From NCBI RefSeq assembly GCF_026210795.1, contig NC_089430.1, positions 5,084,001 through 5,148,000 on the forward strand: DNA of 64,000 bases, written 5' to 3'. This stretch comes from Rhizophagus irregularis. Its lineage: Eukaryota. Below, piece by piece: positions 1 to 13,480 of this stretch. The notes beneath the pieces are model-generated. The model ran no database searches. It worked only from the letters and a program-made list of their open reading frames with translations, and was not told the DNA's origin. The position numbers and the translations under genes were made by a program. Position 1 is the stretch's first letter. Each line of letters starts with the position of its first letter.

Positions 1-3000
1 TTTATTTATAATTTGGATTATAATGTGAGTGAAAAATAAAAATTGATTATAATAATTAATAACTAATAAAAAGAATATTAAAATAAGTATTAATTATCTA
101 CCAATTATTTAATTTTATTTTTTTGGCTGGATACTTTTTAATTATTTTGAACTGGTTCAGAATTTTAGGATTTTAATTATATAAAAACAAATGTTTATTA
201 ATAAATTATGCAAAATGTTTTGAATATGCAAAATAAAGATTTTATTAAAGTGCGAATATACAGAAGCAACAGGACTTTTAATTTTTTTAAAAAAGAAACT
301 TAGTATTTTCCTTGTCAAATCAAACATGATTTTTAAGGCAATTTAATGAATAAAAAGCTTACGCACAGCACATCTATACTTATCCTCTTTTTTGAGTTTT
401 TTTATCTTGATTACTTGATTTATCATGTTTTTAAGATGGTAAAGAAGTGACTTTAAATTCATATCAATTATTCTTGTATTATATAAATCGCTTATCTAAT
501 AAAAATCATAAATTTTCAATTTAATAACTCAATCTAATCTTGATCTCACATCCCATCCTAACCCTCGGACCCTAATTCCGCACCCTAATCTATATCTAAT
601 ACCATAACTTAATCTTACCTCTAATTTTGCACCTTAATCCATATTCCATACTCCTAATTCCTTACCAATATGTCATCATTATCTGTGGTATTTGATTAAA
701 GAGAATTTACAAGAGTTTGTGATAATTTGTAAATAAGTTGTAAGATATGAAAAAAAAATGAAAAAATAATTCGAGGGAAATGAGAAAGAAAAGATATGAG
801 AGTAAGATTCAAAAAAAAAAAAAAAAAATTTGTAGGAAAAGAAAAAATGAAAAATGTTTATAGAAAATTGAGCTATTATAGTGTCACATGAGATACTGGT
901 ATCCCTGGTACAAGTGTTCAAATTTACTTTTTTAAAATCATATTTATTCCAACTAAAAAAATCATACAATATATTTAAATAAAAAATATTTATTTCGATT
1001 ACATCATAACACTTGCCCGATCCAAACCTAAAAGGCAAAAGAACTGCTCGCCGTAGTACCGCAGCGTTGATCTAATCACTGATCCAAACCTAAAAGGTGA
1101 AAGAATGAAAAATGCCACGGGTTTAATAAATACTGGAATGAACAAAAAAAAAATAAAAATTTCAAAAAATATTAAAAATAAAATTCCGATATTGAAAAGA
1201 CTGGAGAACAAAAAAAAATAAAAAAAAAATAATTCAAAAAAATCTAATCTTACAAACCAGAAAATAAATTTAATAAAAGATAAAAAATCTGATTTAAAAA
1301 ACTGGAAGTTTAATAAAAATCCAATTTCTAAAAGACCGGAAAAATAAAAAGTTTAATAAAAAATTAAAAATCTGGTTTTGAAAAGATTGAAAGAATTTAA
1401 AAAAAAATCCGATTTATAAAACCGGATAATGGAAAGTAATTTCGGGTTAACTGTTATCTCAGTTTAGCCGTTAAAAACAAAACCAATCAAAGTTTAATTG
1501 GAAAAAACTGAAGAACCGAATAAAAAATTTATTAAGTAATTTCAGTTGGTTTAACCATTAAAGGAAAAACAGAAGGGAATAAAATTAAAAAAAAGTCCAT
1601 TCTACTACTGTAAAAAGAAATATGATTAAATAAGATAGACTTTTTTCGCAAAAAAAATTTATCAAGTCAAAAATTTCAATAGCCGGAATAAATTAAGGAC
1701 TGTCAGGACGTCCACATGACATTATAGCCGCGGAATAGATCGGGCGCAGACACATCATTTTCATGTTACACAATTCAAATTATTTATAGACCGCAATTTA
1801 AACGTGACAATCGTGACATTGATTATTTTTTATTATGTAATATAATAATTAACAATATTTTTTAATACTCAATATCTTAAATAATATCAACAGACGATGG
1901 TAATTTTAAGAAAAAAAATGAATAAATTCCAAATCAATTGTTATAATCCATTTGTAGAAGTATTGAAGTACATTATGTACTATTTTAATAATCATGTAAC
2001 TAATTGTTCTAACTCTTTTTTGCATAAAGACTTTCATCAAGGATAAGCTGTACTCCAATACAACAAGAGAGATTTGTTGATGTTACGTTGTTTGACTCTA
2101 ATTAATTTTTAAATTTGTAATACCTAACACAATCCCAAACCAAATAATTCTTTTCTGTTCCAGTCCCGATTTTAGGAATGCTCAGCACGTTAACATGGTT
2201 AAGGGTTCAATCATTATATACAGTATATCAAAGCAACTACAATTTTGAATTACATACATATTCTTGTAAATAGTGAATTCCTAATGGGAAAATACTCTTT
2301 ATTTTGAACGGTTTTGATGTTCTTAGTCTAAATTCCTATAAAAAAGTTGTCCAAACACTGTCATGATATTGTATGTTTTTTATGTGGTCGAAAATTCACA
2401 TTCTCTGCATCTTGTATTAAATTGTAACAAATATTGTATAATAACGTGGAAAATCGACCCCATTCCGAATATTTATCAGACAAACATTTTTTATAGGGAA
2501 TATGCAACTAAGATTCATGACAAATGTCTTTTCTTCCAAAATATACTTACAATCTGTACAATCTGTTCGTAAATGTGACCTCATTTGCTCTGAAAAGTAT
2601 AAGTAACAAGAAACAGAGTAAATATTCAGTAATCATATTTGTAACTTAAATTCCTCAATCTTACATTTCTTTATAAACTCTTGTTTATAGTCAATATAGA
2701 AACATAAGGTTACAAATTAAATTATTTCAAAAAAATGCTTAGAAGATTTAGTAAAAAGAAAGAAAATTTGAAAAATGATAAATTTGTTAAACATTGGGTC
2801 ATAATTATCTCATCGTCTGTTTTAAAAATTTATAAAAAAAAAAATTCAAAATCAATAAACTAAAAATACTATGATATAGGAATGAAACAAATAAGATCAT
2901 TTTGAAATTTAATTGAGTTATATTATTCATTTATCTATATTCTAAATTTTTTTCCCCGATTTCTAGTGAATTTTTCTAACTTTGACAAAAAATTAAAAAA

Positions 3001-5339
3001 CTTTTATTTATAAAATTATGAATATGAAAAACATGAAAAAAATTATTAACAATGAGTTATTGTCAAACATAAAAATTAATGTATTGTACATTATAAAGAT
3101 TCATATAATGTTTTTAGCTTTTTAGTAAATAATACGAGTTTAAAATTTGTAGTAATTTATCAGCAGCGAATATTAATGTTTAATCATGATGATCTTTTTC
3201 TCTCTTTTTTTTTTCTAATTAAAAATACAAAATATGATTAATTATCTATTAGTTATAGATATCAGGAATAAGCAAGCAATTGTAAATAAATTGGATACAG
3301 TTATAGAAAATATAAAATTATCATACTATTCCAATGATAGGTTCTACACGAAAAACTTGAATCCACTATTTTATCTTATTATGCGACCGTACTACTCAAT
3401 TGATAATAAAATCCTGTTATTTAATAAAAATCTTTAATCCATTTCCACATTTGTATGTTATTGACATTTTATTTTCTTTTTGTTTTCCATGTATCGCTGT
3501 TTTTTTTTAATTGGATTATTATATGTATTAATTACTGAACTATTGTCTGTCTTAATAATAATCATACTATTTTCTGAAATGCTTATATTTCAAGTGCTAT
3601 GTCGTTCGTATTATTAATAATTTTGACACTAAATTTTTTTGAAATTTTTTCCTTCCTTATCCATTCTAACTCAACCAATTCCTCTATTATTACTTTTAAT
3701 TGATGCATCCGTATAATAAAAATTATTGAATTCATCTATTGAATTAGACTCTGAATATCTCTAAGGTTTTCTCCATTTCGTTAAATTTTTTATCAAATAA
3801 TTTCCAACTTGTATTTTTATATAAAAGCCATCTAATTCTTTATACTTCACAGATTTTGTATATCTCAAACACTTCCCTTTTGCTCACGTCTTCTAACATC
3901 CACTTCTATCTGCTTCAGCAGTTATCTGTTTCCATGATTTAGTCAATTAACTGCGAAGTGACGTTAACTAATATAAATACCACTGTACAATATCTATATT
4001 ACCGTACGGATAATGCTCAAATAAACTATCGATATTCGATATTGTATGCAAATAAACTATTGATATCAATATTGTACGATAATGAAAATATCGGTCAAAT
4101 ATACTTTCTATATACAGTAATACTATATTAACAATTATTTAATTCTAACAATTTCTTTTATACTTTGTAATATACTTAAAAATTTTATATTTGGAAAAGT
4201 TAATTAAATAACAATTTCAACAAATATTCTGTTAACTATGTTTATTTTTATTTATTTGAGTGTAGGATAGAAAAAATAAATAATGATGACATGATACATT
4301 AAATGAAAATTCCTTTTCAATAAAACTTTTTTCTGAAGAAAGTAATAAAATGTCATAATACAAAAAGAGTGTTTCCCAGTTAACCAGTTTTAATAAAAAT
4401 AATAAGTAAAGGATCGTAATATTTGTTAGATGTAAATTTACAATATCATTATATTGGTATGATAAAAACGCATAGTTTAGACCATAAATAAAAGGTATCT
4501 AATCTAAAAGTTTATAAGGAAGAAAGGATAAAGAGGAGCTTGAATCTATACAAGGTATTTTAAACAAAAGAGTCATGTAGGCTATTTTATGAGGAAAGTT
4601 ATTAAATTTTACATAATGATTTGTAATATTACTACATAAGGACCGAGTAATATATAAATAAGTAACATTATCGCACATCCCTATATCCCTATAGGATAAA
4701 TTTATGAGCTACTGGTTCTTTTTATATGAATTCGACCCTAACGGCGGATAAATTGAAAAATATCATCAGGCAGTAATATAATTATGGACATTTATTCCAT
4801 ATTGCATTATTGCAATATAATTTTAATAATTTTAAATTAGAAACAGATTATTAATTTATTACTCTACATTTTAGTTTAAAAAATTTTTATTTTGATTAAT
4901 GAATCGAGTAAATAAGATAAATGAATAAATACATACAAGTTAATCAATAAGGCTAATATAATTTAAAAATTTATCTAACATTATTTCTATTCTACTATTC
5001 TTCCATTTTATCGTTATATTTTATAGCTTTCAAGTTGCAATTCACTAATTGTTGAAAAGCAAAAAAAAGAAAAATAACCGCTTTTAAACTATAATAAAAT
5101 TTAAATTTTTTACCTTTCTACTGAAGATTAATGATAATTAAAATTTTAAACTATAATGGCGAAAAAAAAAAATATTCAAAAAATATAAAATTTTAAAATT
5201 TAACAATAACCAATATAACAAATGGTTATAATTAGTTTAAATTTTTTCTTTGCCTGCTATCCTGATCTAAAAAATGAACAAATAAAATAAGTATATTACA
5301 CTTATGGTAGCCTCGTTTTCTATTTATATTTTAAAAATA

Positions 5340-6335
5340 GTTACCATTATTACTAATGTTCAGTTGAGAAATATCAATTTGTAGAGATTCTATTTAATAA
5401 ATAAAAAATTAATACTATTTTTAGATGATAATTTGAATATTTTTTTATTAACGGATACCTGAAGAATTCATACTAGTCATATCATCATTCTTTTCGTAAG
5501 ATACATAGGAATTATTTGGTTCAGGAAAATTATTATTATCAATTTGTAAGGATCCTATTTAATGAATTAAAAATTTATTAATATATTTATAATTGATTTA
5601 ATTAATTTTCCTTAAAAATATACCTGAAGATTTCATTTTATTAATATTATTATAATTTTTTTCATAGCTATCATTAGAATTTTCTTCATTAAAATTATTA
5701 TTTTCCAATTGAGAAATATCAATTTGTAAGAATTCTATTTAATGAATTAAAACAATATTAGTATTTTTTACAATTAATTAATTAATTTGAAATTTTTTTT
5801 ATATAACCAATACCTAAAGATTTCATGCTAATTATATTATCCTCAACTTTGTAATAATCACCAGAATTTTCCAGCTCAGGAAGACTACAAAAATTAAGCA
5901 ATCTACTGGTATAAATAGCTTCTGAATGGGTTTCATATGATATTCCTAAATTTGTTGATAATGCACTGCTAGTTTGTAACATATTATTAATTATTTTTGC
6001 TTCATTAATTTGTTTTCTTATTTCTGAATAAGGATTAATATACTATCTACTATCATCTTGTGATTCAAATGATTCTCTAAACCATTGACTTAAAGTTTTT
6101 TTAATTTCTATTGCATTTGGTCGATTTAATGGATTTGCATCCAAGCATCTTTTAATTAAATGCACAATCAATTGGGGTACTTTAGTATTAAACCTTGGTC
6201 GAAGTCCCTTACAAATTCTTATTGCTAAATTATTATTGTGACTCATATTATAATAAGGAGGTAATCCGGAAATTACTTCATACATTATTATACCAAAACT
6301 ATAAATATCTGCAGCTTTGGTATAATTTTGCCCAT
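5340..6335 (-). pseudogene. 3' fragment of a TKL-type protein kinase (paralog of the 58340-48569 gene)
   Basis: GQNYTKAADIYSFGIIMYEVISGLPPY...GLRPRF...CLDANPLNRP is nearly identical to the 49883-48963 ORF. In-frame stop at ~6043, then HSEAIYTSRLL and three short ESLQIDISQL-type tail exons. Everything upstream of GQNY is missing and replaced by a transposon end. Confidence 0.85.
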
Positions 6336-6399
6336 AGAATCTATATAAAAAGTGAATCGCAGTACCGCAACTCACTTTTTTTATATAGTAGAATCAATA

Positions 6400-6508
6400 G
6401 TTTCAGGTCAACAGGTCAATCAGGTCAGGTCAATCTTCATACCTGACCTGAATTTTTTTCAAAAATCTCATACCTGACCTGAATTTGGCTGACCTGTTCG
6501 GAGCTCTA
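6400..6508. mobile_element. Isolated right end of a hAT-like element
   Basis: Ends ...GACCTGTTCGGAGCTCTA (reverse complement TAGAGCTCCGAAC) with ACCTG/CAGGT subterminal repeats. Resembles the end at 11519 and the TAGTGCTCC ends of 21321-24056. No partner end found. Confidence 0.6.
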
Positions 6509-7676
6509 ATTCGTGTTAATATATTTAAAGCATATTGATAAAGGACTTGCTTGGCTAACTGAAAACTCTTTGACCTCTTTTGTGAAATATCTTTTGCCTT
6601 TAGGATCAGCAGATAACCCAAAAGTATTTTGGCATCAGGCCTATTTCTGCGCCAACTAACAATATTACCAAGTGTCAAATAAATGGGATGTTCGCTGGTC
6701 TTTCCTAAGTGATCACGTGTCATAGCATCCGAATATAAAATTACTGACAATACATTTGCACCATTAGGAAATGATTTTTGGACTCTTTCCCACCATTGTC
6801 CATTATATTGTTCATTATATATTCTTTCTCCATTATGATTTAATAGTGTAAATTTAAAAGTACAATGGGCAAATATATCCTTATTGCTCATTTGCTCAAC
6901 AATTCCTTTATAACATCAAAAATTGGACGATAATAAAGATAATAAGTTTCTTGTTTATATGTCATGATAGGCGCTTTTTTAAAAGAAATATGTGGTACAA
7001 CAATTTGATCCAACAATTGACAACCTTTTTTTACCGACGTAGGTAAAATTACATTATCGTGGCAAATCTTTTTTGAAAATTTAAGTATATCGTTACCACA
7101 TGCATCAGACAAATTCCATTTAGTAAGCAACTCCATAAAATTTCCAAACTCTTCGCTTGGAAATTCTGGTATATTTGTTACTCTAATATCAAGAGATTTG
7201 AAGGTTGGGATTAGTTCAACGTCAATTAGTGAATATTCAATTTCAATGTCTCTTGATTTATCAATCACTTCCTATATATGGATGTTAATATACAATAAAT
7301 ACTTGATAAATTTGTCGGTTGCTTTCTATATATAGACATATATAGACGCACACAAAAGTATAAATTATTTTAATTTCATTTAATGTTGATTTCTCACCTC
7401 TTCTTTCTCTTCTTCCTCTTCTTCTTCCTCTTCCTCTTCATAGCTCACCTCTTCTAGTCATTCATCATTATCGCTCTCTTCCTCTTCTTCTTCCCCTTCA
7501 TCTTCCCCTTCCCCTTCCCCTTCCCTTCCCCTTTGTAGTTTACATCCTCTAGTACTTCATCATTATCTTCCCTTTCTTCTTCGTAGTTCACATCCTCTAG
7601 TACTTCATCATTATCTTCACTTTCTTCTTCGTAGCTTACCTCCTCTTGTACTTCATCATTATTAGTACTCCCCCTC
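6509..7676 (-). pseudogene. Plavaka-family transposase, middle part (acidic linker and start of the transposase domain)
   Basis: RIYNEQYNGQWW...VILYSD...HPIYLTLGNI...AKILLGYL motifs recognised as Plavaka-type. Frameshift between ORFs 7268-6888 and 6891-6430; truncated at 6508. Confidence 0.8.
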
Positions 7677-10600
7677 CACTGGTAAAAAAATGGTCTATCC
7701 TACACATATCCTACACATATCTTACATATATCGGGTACTCAAAATGTAGAAAATCATACACAAATAATACACATATCATACACATATCCACTAGTCGAAA
7801 TAGGAATATTTGACCTCTAAAAAATTCAGCCTAAATTCGGCCAATTTTAAAAAAAATCGACCTAAATTAGTAATGATATACAATTCAATCTATATTCGAC
7901 TCTGATTTGATCCTGCAGAATGATGGTCGAAATGCGTATAATAAAATTAAACTATATTCAACCTAACAGAATAATGGTCGAACTATAACTTTTTTTTTAC
8001 AAAAAATATAAAAAATAATGGCCGAATTGCATGCTTTTTTTATTCACTTTTCTAGATAAAATAGTGGTTATACTATATTAATAATACTAAATATAATAAA
8101 AAAATAATTTGTTAAAAAATGTTTTGAAATTCGAATTGGTGTAAATACCAGTTCGAATGTTATATTAAATCAACGCAAATGGAACTTTCTATTTATAGGA
8201 ATAACGGCTAAATATTCCCTGGCATTAGATCAATCCGATTTTTTGTATTTTACAGGTATAAACTGACCTAAAATATTGTGTATCAGGATTATATTGTCTC
8301 TACTGCTTGGGTAGAAACTATCTTTCCATAATTCGATGTTGCAAGTTTCGACATCATCGTCAATACTGAAATGGAATCGAGATGTCAAATTTGCCAGTTT
8401 GTACCATTTGATGTAAGCCAATTTGTGTGTCAAATTACGGGAAGATAAATGAACGCTATGTTCGAAAAAAAATTGGATTTGACCTGGGTAAGTATCAACG
8501 CTATTCCCATCACGATTAATAAATTTAGCTAAGACGAATGAGCTCTTAATATGTCGTGTTGCAGCAGCAGATCCAAAAGTTTCTGCACAGATTTGACATC
8601 TTCCATATCGATTCGCTCTGTTGATAATGATCGTTGAATTGGGTAAATTTTCCGTGAACGGTTTTCTGAATATAGAATCTACATATGTATCCTCGTAATA
8701 TTCGATAAGTAAATCGAAGATTTGTTCCTCAAGATGAATATCTTTGGATTGCGGTGCTAAAAATTTACCCGGAAATTCCTCACAACCAGTAATTGGTGAC
8801 TCCGATATATTTCTGGAATTCATCAAAAATCGATACATTTCATCTGTTGGAAATTCGGAAAGAGAACTGACAGAAGGTCGTTTATCGAGTAATTCCAGTC
8901 CTATTACTTCTGAACTTGAACTATTAATAATATCATTTATTTGCGCTTCGGTCATCAATTGACGCATTAGTTCAGGTTCGATTTGGTGGTGGCTATTAGG
9001 CAAAGATCCTAATAAATAATTTATTATTAATCTTTGCTAAATAAAATAATATAATTCGAAAAATTGACACAATTAAATTTGAATTACCTAATAAGCCATT
9101 CATTCGATTAAAGCTAAAGCACCAGAACGAATACAGAGGTCCGTAATCGTAAGAGCACTCGCATAGATGTAATGATAGGTGGAGGTTTGGCGTTATTTTT
9201 TCTTCGCCATAGCATTCTTCGATCAATTTAATTATCTTTATCAAAAGTTCATGGGCTTCTTTCATATCGTTAATCTCCACAATTCGTCTAACCAAAATCG
9301 TACAAACTCTTACGAAATACGTAAGAATTTTGCGATCTTTACCCGGAAGATGATTCCATAAAGCAACAGTGGCATATATTAGGAAAAAGTTGCGCCATTG
9401 GTCAGCGGTAAAGTTAGAAAACCCTTCACCACAATGGATTTTACCAGGAATTCGTCCCAAATCTGATGGTACTTTAAATTCGTTTATTTTCTTTTGAATT
9501 GATTGAAGATCTTTTTCTGTTAATACACCTTCGTCAATCCATATTCGTTTTGTTATCCATTTAGAGATTCCTAGAAAAAGGCAATGCATCGGATCTACAA
9601 CAACAAAACGAATCGGATCAAAATACGGCAGTCTTAATATTTCAGACCACCTTACGCCATTCTCCTTGACAAATCTCTCTCTTTCTGCGTTAGATTTGCA
9701 TCGTCGCCATTCTAAAGCCTTTTGACAATGCTCGACTGGATCTTTCATGATAAACCAGTTGCTCATATCCGCCATACCACCAAAATTGCGATTATTGGCC
9801 CTTTTTCGCATCGATGGCATGATGCAAGGGCAGAGATGTGCCCGCATAATTTTCGAGCTCCAGGAATATCGCACGAAGCAATTATTAATGCAGCTCGAAT
9901 ATCTTTGCCATTTGGACATTCATAAGTGCGATTAAGAATCACACCTTCCCAAAGTGATTCTAATTCCATGATTATTGGTGAAAGGTAATGATTTACTCTA
10001 TGTAATTTAACCTCATTGGGCCCTGGTAATATGCCGAGTATAAGCATATTTTTAGGCTTAAATCGAACATCCCAAAGTAGATTACATATTATTGCGTATA
10101 TTACACCTGTACTGTAAATCGTTCCTTCGTACGGATGGAACCAATCCAAATTTATCATTAATCCTAGATGAGTATCAGTCTTGTCCGGTCGGAAAAAGTT
10201 ATTTGACCCTTGTTCGTTTGATTCCTTAAGATTTTGCCAAATTTGCCCGTCGTATATGTCTGATAAAACATTATCAATTACTGAACAACGAGTCCAATGC
10301 CGCAATAATTCTTCAAATCCTGGTCGCTTGAACATACTAGAAAGCTGCTGTTGTATACTCGAGACCGGATAAATTAATTCAGGAACAATTGATATACTAT
10401 TATTTAAAGAAATTTTTTTTCCTAAAGGAGTTTGACATTGCTTTAATCTCTTTGTGGCCGAATTTGGAAATTCGACATGGCTGCATTTCATAATAGTATT
10501 ATCATCATTTGATATTATATCCTTTTTTTTGTATAATTTGTGGCATTTTTGGCAAGCTGCAAATTGCGTAAATCGATCGATAAGTCCTAACGCTTTTCTT

Positions 10601-11518
10601 AACATATATAATGAATTTGGAAATGATTCGGGATTGATATTTTTACACACTTTCAATATTATTTTAATAAATTGTATTAATTCTTCAATTGCGGTATTTG
10701 GTATATTATGACTCGACCTGAACTTCATAATCCAAATCAAAATCCCCTTAATTAGTTCATCTGTTGGTAATTCTGAAATATTCGGTGTGTCTGAAATATC
10801 TGGTATGTCGAACATAGGATGAGAATAATTCTCAAAATTACTTGAAAATTCGTTATCATCATTATTAGGAGAATCTTCTTGTGCCGAAGATTCACTAGTG
10901 TAGATATCATCCGTGTCATATTCAGTTGATTCACACTGGTCAAAATCTATGCTATCGGGTATATATCGGGCACCTATATATCGGTGACTAATCAGATATA
11001 TATCGGGTATTTACATATATCGGGTACATATCGGGTACCCAATATGTCACCGATATATACTGGTATATTTCGGGCACCTATATAATCAGATATATATATA
11101 TTTCTAATATATATCGGGTACTAATATTTGTATGATACATTTTGATATATCGATATCGATATTCTATTAGTAGAATTTGATAATCTAAATTTGATTAACC
11201 GTCATACCGGTCGATCAATCTATTTTTAATAAAAAAAAATTTCATATTCCTTTTATATCCTTACCTCTATTTTTTTAAGTTGCCAGACTCTTTGAACGAA
11301 CCTGGGCTTTGGAATGTAAGTTGGAAAGATGCGGATTATTTTAATATTAAAGAAACGTTACTAATGTTTCTTTCTCTTGTTTTTTTAGGTTTTGGACTCC
11401 TTGGACTATCTCAAACTTTAGAATGTAAGTTGGAAAGGTGATTATTTTAATATTAAAGAAACGTTACTAACGTTTCTTTCTCTTGTTTTTTTAGGTTGCC
11501 GGACTCCTTGGAGTGAGC

Positions 11519-11640
11519 GAGAGCTCTGAACGGGTCAGGTCAGGTCGGGTAACCTATTCTGACCTGACCTGACCCGTCTGACCTGAAAATATTCAGGTTA
11601 ATTCAGGTCACTTCGGGTAATCAGGTAACCTGAAATTTTT
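11519..11640. mobile_element. Left end of a hAT-like element inside the non-autonomous CACTG element
   Basis: GAGAGCTCTGAACGGGTCAGG followed by GACCT/AGGTC repeats, similar to the reverse complement of the end at 6508. Partner end not found. Confidence 0.5.
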
Positions 11641-11899
11641 ACATGAAAAAAAACTCCAATAGTATGTTATTTATGTATACAATTTATAAAATTATTTATA
11701 TTTATTTTAAATACATTTTATTTTTGAATACATTTATTATTTTACATTAATTTGTTGTTAATAGTTTGGAACAATGTTCCAGTTGGTTCGATTCCAATAA
11801 ACAACTATTAAAACTTAATAGAGAAAAAAAAAGAAACGTTAAAACGTTTCTCAAAGTCAATTTCAAACGCCACCCTTAAAGAAATGTTTGCCCATTCAA

Positions 11900-12900
11900 A
11901 GTGTCATTCCAGCAAGCTAAACCCTACAAGGATCAAAAAAAAGAAACATTAGTATGTTTCCATCTTTAATATCAAAAGAATTCCCTTCTCCCGGTACCTT
12001 TGCTGCATAAGTTCAGATTCGTAAGAGTCCGGCGTCCTACAAGAGAAAAAGGAAAGAAGCATTAAAAATGTTTCATAATTACAAAACACCACTCTCCCCT
12101 TCCCTTATTCCTTACATTCAAAGTCCGGGTTCGATTTGTTTCCAAGAGTCCGGTGTCCTAATCCTACAAAAAAAATAAAGAAAGAAACGTTAGTACGTTT
12201 CTTTAATATTAAAGAAAAAATTCCCCATTCCCTATTCCTTACATTATCCAAGTCCAGGTTCGTTTTCAAGAGTTTGGCATCCTAGTCCTACAAAAAAAAT
12301 AAAGAAAGAAACGTTAGTACGTTTCTTTAATATTAAAGAAAAAATTCCCCATTCCCTATTCCTTACATTATCCAAGTCTGGGTTCGTTTTCAAGAGTCCG
12401 GCGTCCTAGTCCTACAAAAAAAATAAAGAAACGTTAGTACGTTTCTTTAATATTAAAGAAAAAATTCCCCATTCCCTATTCCTTACATTATCCAAGTCCG
12501 GGTTCGTTTTCAAGAATCTGGCGTCCTAGTCCTACAAAAAAAAATAAAGAAAGAAACGTTAGTACGTTTTTTTAATATTAAAGAAAAAATTCCCATTCCC
12601 TATTCCTTACATTATCCAAATCCGGGTTTATTTTCAAGAGTCCGGCATCCTAGTTTTACAAAAAAAAGAAAGAAACGTTAAAAATGTTTCTTAATTACAA
12701 AACAGTAACCCTGGCCTCCTTCTCTCACATTACCTTTATTGTGTAGGTACAGTTCGTCCTGGTCTCTAAGGGTCCGACGTTCTACAAAAAATAAGAGTCC
12801 GACCTACAAAAAAAAAATAAAAGAAAATATAAAAAAAAATGAATTTTTTTTTATATGATGATAAACCGAATATAGCAGTGTCGATTTCAGTTGCTTACCG
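11900..12900 (-). repeat. Tandem ~120-bp micro-exon/intron units
   Basis: Minus strand per unit: GTAAG...AAAGAAACG-TACTAAC-GTTTCTTT...TTTTGTAG, then a ~45-nt exon-like segment. Four near-identical units at 12160-12660 plus diverged flanking units. Confidence 0.8.
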
Positions 12901-13480
12901 AACCTAGATTCACGTTGCCCCTCCGGACTCCGGTGAATTTCACTTTAATCAAAATTTTTAAATTTATCCCAGTAAAATTCACCAGATGATTTCATATTAC
13001 ACAAACGCGTAGCACATATTTTATTTTTTGCTTTCTTGTAGTATTATTTCCAAAATGGCCAGCTTTTTCTGGAATTTCTTAAGGTAAGATTTTTTTATTT
13101 TCTTATTACTTCGCTAGTTTAATGTTCTTTTTCTTTATGCTAACTTGTTAACTTGTTTTTCAGAAAACAACAATTTCAAATAACTTCAAAGAGTTTAAGG
13201 TAAGACTCACTTTTATTACTAGTATTTTGCTATTTTATTGTTTTCTTTATTGAAAATGATACTAACAGTTTCTTTTATTTTCTATCATCCACTTTATTCC
13301 CTTTTCATTTTCTATATCCATTTCACTCTCTTTTTATTTATTTTCTATTATTTTTTTCGCTCCTTTTGTTTTTATTATTTCATTATTCCCTTCGCCTCCA
13401 TTTTATTTTTCTATCATGATTCCCTTTGTTCTTATTTTGTTTTTAATTATCCTTTTCATTTATCATCGTCCCTTTTGCTT

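Noticed and set aside
525..665. CCCTAA-like hexamers suggesting a telomeric relic
   Set aside because: Only two exact CCCTAA copies within a degenerate periodic tract.
1990..2700. Decayed coding-like sequence (also 29800-30480 and 24070-24400)
   Set aside because: Multiple stops and no motif I can assign; would need a translated homology search.
3981..4119. Possible tiny CACTG MITE (CACTGTA...TACAGTA, ATAC flanks)
   Set aside because: Terminal match is short and imperfect; cannot be distinguished from chance.
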